Of a DNA stretch of 64,000 nucleotides, positions 56,509 through 64,000 are shown piece after piece. The stretch comes from Winogradskyella sp. Lineage in GTDB: Bacteria; Bacteroidota; Bacteroidia; Flavobacteriales; Flavobacteriaceae. The notes beneath the pieces are model-generated. The model made no database searches. It was not told the origin of the DNA and worked only from the letters and a program-made list of their open reading frames with translations. The number at the start of each line of letters is the position of its first letter. Position 1 is the first letter of the stretch. Position numbers and translations under genes: made by a program. Where the stretch lies: contig NZ_JABSST010000002.1 of assembly GCF_013213975.1 (NCBI RefSeq), forward strand, positions 3,758 through 67,757. The letters are read 5' to 3'.

Positions 56509-58227
56509 ATGAGCAATATGAAAGTAGATACGACAGAATTTGATGCCATAGTTGTAGGCACTGGAATTTCTGGTGGATGGGCTGCAAAGGAGCTATGTGA
56601 GAAAGGCTTAAAAACCCTTGTTCTTGAACGTGGTAGAATGGTAAAACACAGGGAAGATTACCCAACTGCTAATCTAGATCCTTGGGATTTACCAAATGGC
56701 GGTAGACCAAGCGCTGAAACACAAAGGAGAAAGTTTAAACAAAATAGAACCGGCTACACAACGCATGAAGCACGTCAGCATTTCTTTGTAGATGATCTTA
56801 AACATCCTTATAACGAAGAACGTCGTTTTGATTGGATGCGTGGCTATCATGTAGGTGGTCGTTCACTTATGTGGGGAAGACAAAGCTACAGATTAAGCGA
56901 TATGGATTTTGAAGCCAATAAGAACGAAGGTATTGCTGTAGATTGGCCTGTACGTTATAAGGATATTGAGCCATGGTACGATTATGTAGAGGATTATATC
57001 GGAGTTAGTGGTGAGAATTTAGGCTTAGAGCATTTCCCAGATCAGAAATTACTCAAACCTATGAATCTCAATTGTGTTGAGGAACATCTAAAAGAAGAAA
57101 TCGCTTCTAATTATGATGACGGTCGTGTTTTAACCATAGGTCGTACAGCTCATATTACTGAAGGTACAAAACCAGGTGATGGTCGTAGTACTTGTCAATA
57201 CCGTAATAGATGTATGCGCGGTTGTCCATATGGTGCCTATTTTAGTAGTAATTCATCTACATTACCAGCGGCAGAGGCAACTGGCAATATGACTTTGAGA
57301 CCGAATTCTATTGCCTACGAAGTTATTTATGATGACACGACTAAGCAGGCAACTGGGGTAAAAATCATTGATGCTGAGACTAAAGAAAAAATTGAATACA
57401 AAGCAAAAATTATCTTTTTATGTGCCTCTGCTATTGCATCTACAGCCATTTTGTTACAATCGAAATCCGAACGATTCCCTAATGGTTTAGGTAATGATAG
57501 TGGAGAATTAGGTCATAACTTAATGGATCATCATTTTCATGTAGGAGCGGTTGGAGATGCAGAAGGTTTTGATGATAAATATACGAAAGGACGTAGAGCT
57601 AATGGTATTTATATTCCAAGATTTAGAAATACTGGTGGAAAAACCAATACCGATAAATTTCTGCGCGGTTACGGTTACCAAGGCGGTGCCTCTAGAGGAG
57701 ATTTTTCTGAGCAAATTGCTGAGCTAAAATATGGTCCAGAATTAAAAAATGAAATACTGAAACCTGGCAAATGGCAAATGAATTTGTTAGCATTTGGTGA
57801 AGCATTACCAGACCATAAGAACAGATTGTATCTCGATTATGATAAGTTGGATGAATGGGGATTACCAACAGTGACTTTTGACGCTGCCTTTGGTGAAAAT
57901 GAGATTGCAATGCGAGAAGACATGAAAAACCAAGCCGTTGAAATGCTTGAAAAAGCAGGCTTTAAAAATGTGATTGGCTATGACAACAGAGAGCGTTTTG
58001 CAATGGGCTTAGGTATCCATGAAATGGGTACTGCCAGAATGGGTCACAACCCAGATACATCCGTTTTAAATAAGTGGAACCAAGTACATGCGTGCACGAA
58101 TGTTTATGTAACAGACGGATCTTTCATGACCTCTGCTGCATGTCATAACCCATCATTAGGCTACATGGCCTTTACAGCCAGAGCTGTAGATCATGCCGTA
58201 AATGAATTTAATAAAAACAATGCGTAA
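56509..58227 (+). CDS. GMC FAD oxidoreductase (glucoside 3-dehydrogenase LacA-like)
   Basis: VVGTGISGGWAAKEL, GGRSLMWGRQS, GHNLMDH, HEMGTARMG, NPSL. Confidence 0.9.
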   Translation: MSNMKVDTTEFDAIVVGTGISGGWAAKELCEKGLKTLVLERGRMVKHREDYPTANLDPWDLPNGGRPSAETQRRKFKQNRTGYTTHEARQHFFVDDLKHPYNEERRFDWMRGYHVGGRSLMWGRQSYRLSDMDFEANKNEGIAVDWPVRYKDIEPWYDYVEDYIGVSGENLGLEHFPDQKLLKPMNLNCVEEHLKEEIASNYDDGRVLTIGRTAHITEGTKPGDGRSTCQYRNRCMRGCPYGAYFSSNSSTLPAAEATGNMTLRPNSIAYEVIYDDTTKQATGVKIIDAETKEKIEYKAKIIFLCASAIASTAILLQSKSERFPNGLGNDSGELGHNLMDHHFHVGAVGDAEGFDDKYTKGRRANGIYIPRFRNTGGKTNTDKFLRGYGYQGGASRGDFSEQIAELKYGPELKNEILKPGKWQMNLLAFGEALPDHKNRLYLDYDKLDEWGLPTVTFDAAFGENEIAMREDMKNQAVEMLEKAGFKNVIGYDNRERFAMGLGIHEMGTARMGHNPDTSVLNKWNQVHACTNVYVTDGSFMTSAACHNPSLGYMAFTARAVDHAVNEFNKNNA

Positions 58228-58238
58228 TCCTTATTATA

Positions 58239-58883
58239 ATGAATAGAAGAGAAGCACTTAAAAATTTAGGTTTAGCAACAGGATTTGTAGTTGTAACACC
58301 ATCACTGATAAGTTTGTTACAAAGCTGCAATTCTGCTCCGGAAGGATGGCAACCTGTATTCTTTAACACAGATGAAACGACCTTTGTAAGTAGTATTGTA
58401 GATATTATTATTCCAAAAACAGAGGATTTACCTTCTGCTTCAGAACTCAATGTTATTGAATTTATAGATAAATATGTTGCTGAAGTTTTAGATGAACAAG
58501 AGCAAAAACATATGCGTGAAACATTAGCTGAAATCCTTAATAATTTGAAAGGTGGTGCAGAAAATTTAGATAAAAAAACATCGGACGATTATAAAGCTAT
58601 TCTTGACAAATATATGCTAGTTAAAGGAGAAATAGATGAAGAACGAGAAGCCAATCCTCCAAAACCGTGGGTAGATCATACTAATGTTATTAACGGTACA
58701 AAAGACTATCTTAAACCGACTAAAAACGAAGTTCTGAATAATCTAAAATGGTTAACCATAAATGCCTACAGAACAAATGAACAGATAGGTGAAAATGTGA
58801 TGCCATATGACCCGATACCTGCACAATACACATGTGGTGATCTGCAAGAGTTAACAGGAGGAAAAGCTTGGTCACTCTCATAG
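58239..58883 (+). CDS. Gluconate 2-dehydrogenase subunit 3 family (LacC-like partner of the GMC subunit)
   Basis: Twin-Arg-like MNRREALK leader, LQSC, IIPKT..PSA; directly downstream of the GMC gene. Confidence 0.85.
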   Translation: MNRREALKNLGLATGFVVVTPSLISLLQSCNSAPEGWQPVFFNTDETTFVSSIVDIIIPKTEDLPSASELNVIEFIDKYVAEVLDEQEQKHMRETLAEILNNLKGGAENLDKKTSDDYKAILDKYMLVKGEIDEEREANPPKPWVDHTNVINGTKDYLKPTKNEVLNNLKWLTINAYRTNEQIGENVMPYDPIPAQYTCGDLQELTGGKAWSLS

Positions 58884-58886
58884 AAT

Positions 58887-59663
58887 ATGCTAAGAATTAA
58901 GTCGCAGTATTTGTTCACTATTTTTATTCTTTTGGTACTTTTTAGTTGTCAAAAAGCCGAACCAAAAGAACAATGGATATCCCTGTTTAATGGAAAAAAT
59001 CTTGATGGTTGGCATGTAAAGATTAATGGATTTGAACTAGGCGATAATGCTTTCAATACATTTAGGGTTAGGGATAATTCTATTGTTGTAAACTACGATA
59101 ATTACTCAAACTTTAAAGATTATTATGGTCATATATTTTACAAAGACTCGTTTTCTAATTATCGTTTGAAATTTCAATACAGATTTATCGGTTCTCAAGC
59201 TCCTGGCGGACAGGCTTGGGCTACTAAAAATAGCGGTGTAATGTTGCATTGCCAATCTCCTCAAAGCATGGGAATAAATCAAAGTTTTCCTGTATCTCTT
59301 GAAACTCAATTACTAGGTGGTATTGATGAGGGAGTTGAAAGACCAACAGCAAATCTGTGTACTCCAGGCATCCACGTTACTTTAAATAATAAATTTGAAA
59401 CCACACATTGTATCAATTCTTCTTCTAAAACGTTTTACGATGAGCAGTGGATAGACATAGAAGTTGAAGTTTATAATGACTCTCTAATAAAGCATTTTGT
59501 AAATGGCAAAGAAGTAATAGCGTATTCAAATCCAGTAATTGGTGGCGAATACAATACGTTATTGGATAAAGAAGGGGATAAAGTAAAAGGTGGCTTTATC
59601 TCTTTTCAGAGCGAAAGCCACCCAATAGAATTTAAAAATATTCTGTTGCTAAATTTAGATTAG
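58887..59663 (+). CDS. Second DUF1080 family lipoprotein
   Basis: Lipobox LFSC; LFNGKNLDGW, NSGVM, ETQLL, GFISFQSESHPIEFKNI. Confidence 0.85.
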   Translation: MLRIKSQYLFTIFILLVLFSCQKAEPKEQWISLFNGKNLDGWHVKINGFELGDNAFNTFRVRDNSIVVNYDNYSNFKDYYGHIFYKDSFSNYRLKFQYRFIGSQAPGGQAWATKNSGVMLHCQSPQSMGINQSFPVSLETQLLGGIDEGVERPTANLCTPGIHVTLNNKFETTHCINSSSKTFYDEQWIDIEVEVYNDSLIKHFVNGKEVIAYSNPVIGGEYNTLLDKEGDKVKGGFISFQSESHPIEFKNILLLNLD

Positions 59664-59666
59664 CAA

Positions 59667-60182
59667 TTATTCTACAATAAATTTTCCTTGCATCAGTGCG
59701 AAGTGCGCTGGGAAACTACAGATAAAATCATATTCACCCACGTCTGGGGCATCAAACTCGATCGTTGTTATCTGTCCACCACCAATCATTTCTGTATGTG
59801 CAATTACCTCATCTGTACCATCTGGAATATAACCATTATCTTTTGCTGTTGCCGCTTTTGCCGCAAAAGCAGCTTTATCGGTGCCCTTTTTCAAAATAAC
59901 GATGTTATGTCCCATAATGTTAACATCCATTTTTCCGCTATGCTTTAAAGTAAGCTTAACTTTTTGACCAGCTTTTACCCGCAATTCTTTTTTGTCAAAT
60001 TGCATATTATCATCCCCTACTATACCTAAAACAGCAGTTTTGCCATCTTTTTTTACTTCTTTTTCAGTCTTGTAGTCGTACAAAGAATTTTCTTTTTTTT
60101 CCTCTTCCTTACCACCACAGTTAAACAGTATAAAACTTAGTACTGTTATTGCTATTATGCCGCGATTAAAATACTTTTTCAT
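59667..60182 (-). CDS. Azurin-like type-1 blue copper lipoprotein
   Basis: MGHNIV (His) and CSFPAHFALM (Cys/His/Met) copper ligands; lipobox LFNC. Confidence 0.9.
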   Translation of the reverse strand: MKKYFNRGIIAITVLSFILFNCGGKEEEKKENSLYDYKTEKEVKKDGKTAVLGIVGDDNMQFDKKELRVKAGQKVKLTLKHSGKMDVNIMGHNIVILKKGTDKAAFAAKAATAKDNGYIPDGTDEVIAHTEMIGGGQITTIEFDAPDVGEYDFICSFPAHFALMQGKFIVE

Positions 60183-60239
60183 GTTGAAATAATTAATAAA
60201 ATAAAGAATTTTAAATATACAAATTAAGTTAAGAATGAA

Positions 60240-61730
60240 CTATTCCACTGTCCAATTTTTGCTTCTTTTTACAGCTTTATGCCATTGTGATATTAATTGA
60301 AGTTGCTTTTGCGTATTTGTGTTTGGTAAAAACGTTTTATCCTTTTGCCATTGCCTACGAATTTCCCTTTTATTCTTGTAAATCCCTACTGCCAAACCTG
60401 CAAGATAAGCAGCACCTAAAGCTGTTGTTTCTAAATTAGTAGGTCTTACAACATTACATTCAAAAATATCAGACTGAATTTGTAACAATAAATCATTTGC
60501 AGAGGCACCTCCATCTACCCGTAGCTCTTTTAAATGCATATTAGAATCGTTCTCCATGGCTTTAACAATATCGTAAACTTGAAGCGCAATTCCTTCTAAA
60601 GTAGCTCGTGCAATATGAGATTTTGTGGTGCCTCGAGATATTCCTAATATACTTCCACGAGCATAAGGATCCCAATATGGTGCTCCTAATCCAGTAAATG
60701 CAGGTACCACAATTAAACCATCACTATCTTCAACCTGATTGGCTAAAGCTTCTATATCTTTAGCATTATCAATAAGATCAAGACCATCTCTTAACCACTG
60801 AACCGCAGCTCCGCCAACAAATACACTACCCTCTAAGGCATATTGTGTTTTTCCATTTATTTGCCAAGCTATGGTCGTTAGAAGCTGGTTCTGAGACATT
60901 ACAGGTTTCTTACCTGTATTCATGAGTAGGAAGCATCCTGTGCCATAGGTGTTTTTAACCATACCTTTTTTTGTGCAAAGTTGACCAAATAAAGCGGCTT
61001 GCTGGTCACCAGCAATTCCAGCAATCGGAATATCACAATCAAACAGTTTTGTTTGACCATATATTTCGGATGATGATTTTACCTCTGGAAGCATGCTTTC
61101 AGGTATTTCAAAAAGCTCCAAAAGCTCTTTGTCCCACTCCAGATTATGAATATTAAAAATCATTGTTCTTGAGGCATTACTAACGTCAGTAACATAAACT
61201 TTTCCTTGTGTTAGCTTATAAATTAACCAAGTATCTACTGTACCAAAACACAATTTATCATCTTTAGCTAATGTTTTTGCCTCTGGAATATTATCCAAGA
61301 TCCACTTGATTTTTGAAGCCGAGAAATACGCATCAATGATTAGTCCAGTTTTTTCTTGTATGAGCTCTTCGTAACCTTTTGCCTTAAGCTCATCACACCA
61401 AGACGCCGTTCTTCGATCTTGCCATACGATGGCATTATAAATAGGTTCGCCAGTTTGTTTATTCCAAACAATTGTAGTCTCCCTTTGATTGGTTATTCCT
61501 ATTGCAGCAATGTCATTTACATCAATTTCCTTTGAGGATAAAACTTTGTTAATTGTAGACAGTTGTGATTCCCATATTGCACTTGGATTGTGTTCTACCC
61601 AACCATTCTTTGGAAATATTTGTTCAAAATCTTGCTGAGCAACACTTAACCTATTCCCAGAAGCATCAAAAACAATTGATCTACTTGACGTTGTACCTTG
61701 ATCTAAAGCTAAAATATAATCTCTTGCCAT
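60240..61730 (-). CDS. glpK: Glycerol kinase
   Basis: [57 protein letters not shown]. Confidence 0.95.
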   Translation of the reverse strand: MARDYILALDQGTTSSRSIVFDASGNRLSVAQQDFEQIFPKNGWVEHNPSAIWESQLSTINKVLSSKEIDVNDIAAIGITNQRETTIVWNKQTGEPIYNAIVWQDRRTASWCDELKAKGYEELIQEKTGLIIDAYFSASKIKWILDNIPEAKTLAKDDKLCFGTVDTWLIYKLTQGKVYVTDVSNASRTMIFNIHNLEWDKELLELFEIPESMLPEVKSSSEIYGQTKLFDCDIPIAGIAGDQQAALFGQLCTKKGMVKNTYGTGCFLLMNTGKKPVMSQNQLLTTIAWQINGKTQYALEGSVFVGGAAVQWLRDGLDLIDNAKDIEALANQVEDSDGLIVVPAFTGLGAPYWDPYARGSILGISRGTTKSHIARATLEGIALQVYDIVKAMENDSNMHLKELRVDGGASANDLLLQIQSDIFECNVVRPTNLETTALGAAYLAGLAVGIYKNKREIRRQWQKDKTFLPNTNTQKQLQLISQWHKAVKRSKNWTVE

Positions 61731-61735
61731 ATTTG

Positions 61736-63310
61736 TTATATTAAATATACCGACGCTAGGTCTTTAAAACTTTTTATTTGATCTTGTTTCCAGCTGTCGG
61801 TTCTACCCAACTCGCTTTGAAGAATTGTTGCAACATTGTCTGCTGCTTGTATTGCAGCTTTTGCATCGAGAAATAGTAATCGCATTCTTCTAGCTAGTAC
61901 ATCTTCGACCGTTCTTGCCATTTCATGTCTCGCTGCCCAAATAACTTGTCCCTTAGAAAAATTATAATCAGGATGAATTGCCTCTTTATAAGCTTTATCA
62001 GTTGCTATAAAAGTTTCTAAGTCAGCAGCATCACTTCCATAATACCAAAGTTCGCTATTTACATTTGCTTTTGCATCTTCTGATAAATTTCCATGAATTT
62101 CAAGAGTTTTAGTTTTGGCTTCAACTTTTGGAAGACTATATAAATTAATAGCCTCGTTGACAACATCCTCACTCATTTCTCTGTATGTGGTCCATTTTCC
62201 ACCAACAATTGTTAGCAATCCACTTTCGGATTGAATGATTTTATGTCCTCTAGAAATCTCCTTGGTATTGCTCTTATCGCCTTCTGGTGCAACTAACGGT
62301 CTTAACCCAGAAAACACACAAAGTACATCTTCTCTCGTTGGCTTTTTGGTAAGATATTCAGAAGCATTATCCAAAATAAAATCTATCTCTTCTTCTAAAG
62401 GTTTTGGCTCGTAACTTGGTTTTTTAATTGGTGTATCTGTTGTACCTACTACAATTTTATTATGCCAAGGAATAGCAAATAAAACTCTACCGTCACTTGT
62501 TTTTGGAACCATTAAAGCTGTTGACCCTTGTAAAAAGTGCTTATCTAAAACGAGATGAATACCTTGACTTGGTACGATTTTAAGTCCCTTTTTCTTTCGG
62601 CCCGCCAGCTTCAAAATTTTATTTGAAAACACACCTGTTGCATTAATAACAACCCTAGATGCTACTTTTAAGTGTTCGCCAGTCTCTCTATCTTCAACCT
62701 CTACACCATTAATAAATCCCGCTTCATTGAGCAGCATATTTACAACTTTACAATGATTAAGAATTACTGCTTCAGATTCAGCAGCAGTTTGCGCTAGATT
62801 TAGAGCAAGTCTTGCGTCATCGAATTGACCATCAAAATAAATAACACCTCCATGAAGACCTTGGTGGTTTAGATTCGATATTTTGGAACTTGCAGATTTA
62901 GCTGAAACTACTTTTGAACGACCAATTGATAGTCGTTTTGATAACAAGTCATAGATCGTTAAACCTATACCGTAATAATATTTATGCCACCATTGATAAC
63001 TCGGAATTAAGAATTGTTGCCTTTTAAATAAATGTCCTGCATTTTTTTCTAAAAGACCTCGTTCTCTTAGTGCTTCTGTAACTAATTTTATATTTCCCTG
63101 AGCTAAATAACGCACGCCTCCATGCACTAATTTTGTACTTCTGCTCGAAGTGCCTTTTGCAAAATCATGAGATTCAAACAATGCCACTTTAAACCCTCTA
63201 GAAGCGGCATCAACAGCTATACCAAGACCACTAGCCCCGCCACCAATAACAACGATATCAAACTCAGATGTTGATTTTAATTGTTTTAACTGAAAATCCC
63301 TTGTAAACAT
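61736..63310 (-). CDS. glpD: FAD-dependent glycerol-3-phosphate dehydrogenase
   Basis: [50 protein letters not shown]. Confidence 0.95.
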   Translation of the reverse strand: MFTRDFQLKQLKSTSEFDIVVIGGGASGLGIAVDAASRGFKVALFESHDFAKGTSSRSTKLVHGGVRYLAQGNIKLVTEALRERGLLEKNAGHLFKRQQFLIPSYQWWHKYYYGIGLTIYDLLSKRLSIGRSKVVSAKSASSKISNLNHQGLHGGVIYFDGQFDDARLALNLAQTAAESEAVILNHCKVVNMLLNEAGFINGVEVEDRETGEHLKVASRVVINATGVFSNKILKLAGRKKKGLKIVPSQGIHLVLDKHFLQGSTALMVPKTSDGRVLFAIPWHNKIVVGTTDTPIKKPSYEPKPLEEEIDFILDNASEYLTKKPTREDVLCVFSGLRPLVAPEGDKSNTKEISRGHKIIQSESGLLTIVGGKWTTYREMSEDVVNEAINLYSLPKVEAKTKTLEIHGNLSEDAKANVNSELWYYGSDAADLETFIATDKAYKEAIHPDYNFSKGQVIWAARHEMARTVEDVLARRMRLLFLDAKAAIQAADNVATILQSELGRTDSWKQDQIKSFKDLASVYLI

Positions 63311-63346
63311 AAATAAGCTTTTGGTAGTTAATCCTAGAAAAGCTCT

Positions 63347-64000
63347 CTATTTTTTTAATTTAAATGCCGATACAATTACAGCTGAGCTTGTAAGACATAA
63401 TAAGAAGACAAAACTCATCTTAAGATTAAAACTGTCAGAAATATAACCCAAAATTATTGGTCCAAGTAAAAATCCGAGAAAACCTACACCAGAAACGAAC
63501 GAAATGCTTTTCGAAGCGGATATTTTTTCTGCTGTTCCTGCAATTCTTAAAAGTTCTGGAATTATAACTGACAGACCTAAGCCTATAATTCCGAATCCAA
63601 TGACGCTAGAAATAAGACCTTCTAGAAGTACAAAAAGGTAACCAACTGATGCTAAAACACAACCCAAAATTACAATTCTTGCAGACCCTATTTTTGCACT
63701 TATACCGTCACCAAAGAAACGTCCAACCGTCATCATAATTGAAAACAAGGTAAAGCCAATACCTGCTAAACTTTCTGAATTGACATTGACAACTTCGGTT
63801 AAATAAATTGAACTCCAATGTTCTATCGCTCCTTCATTTCCCATGATAACCATGGCTAAAAAGCCTAAAATAAATAATGGCTTCAATTTCCGTAATGGAA
63901 GTTTTACGTTTTCTTCTGATTCTTGTTGCGCTTCTTCAATTTTGAAATACTGCTTATATAACAGAATATTGGTGACAATAACAAATATTGTCATGGTTAA
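63347..64000 (-). CDS. MFS transporter, 5'-truncated by the window edge
   Basis: C-terminal half of an MFS: GNEGAIEHWSSIYL, MTVGRFFGD, GPIILGYISD. Confidence 0.8.
   Translation of the reverse strand, partial: LTMTIFVIVTNILLYKQYFKIEEAQQESEENVKLPLRKLKPLFILGFLAMVIMGNEGAIEHWSSIYLTEVVNVNSESLAGIGFTLFSIMMTVGRFFGDGISAKIGSARIVILGCVLASVGYLFVLLEGLISSVIGFGIIGLGLSVIIPELLRIAGTAEKISASKSISFVSGVGFLGFLLGPIILGYISDSFNLKMSFVFLLCLTSSAVIVSAFKLKK

Noticed and set aside
108-61156. Numerous short antisense or overlapping ORFs in the track (e.g. 108-482, 1898-2206, 3427-3921, 8587-8811, 54632-55070, 60971-61156)
   Set aside because: They lie opposite or within well-supported genes and have no family motifs; expected shadow frames.
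1-64000. tRNA, rRNA, IS/transposase, integrase, prophage or CRISPR elements
   Set aside because: No cloverleaf or T-loop signatures, recombinase or transposase ORFs, terminal inverted repeats or repeat-spacer arrays were seen by eye; tRNAscan-SE, ISEScan and CRISPRCasFinder would confirm.

Overview
AT-rich bacterial chromosomal window, almost certainly Flavobacteriaceae (SusC/SusD, a T9SS C-terminal domain, TAnnTTTG-type promoters, mevalonate genes). I found no rRNA, tRNA, CRISPR array or mobile element. 1-11.5 kb: housekeeping and accessory genes, a probable 6S RNA (6S-Flavo-like), an RluB-family pseudouridine synthase lacking its catalytic Asp, and mvaD-mvk-UbiA-nitrilase. 11.5-21.6 kb: the most interesting block, made of a beta-propeller-like exported protein, a lipoprotein fusing metallophosphoesterase, atypical kinase-like and Omp85 barrel domains, SelO, an HD-domain/Pycsar-type TM effector fusion, and a convergent 'GAF protein' whose C-terminal half carries an ordered set of divergent class III nucleotidyl cyclase motifs. 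Together these suggest an unrecognised cyclic-nucleotide signalling or Pycsar-like system. 21.7-50 kb: a LacI-controlled alpha-glucan/maltose PUL (GH13s, GH31, GH65, pgmB, SusCDE), extended by an identical operator core to a GH13_18 phosphorylase and an SSS transporter plus GH13 glucosidase. 50-60 kb: an AraC-linked 3-keto-glycoside (oxidation/elimination/hydration) cluster with an azurin. 60-64 kb: glpK-glpD-MFS. All family calls come from motifs read by eye; no searches were run.
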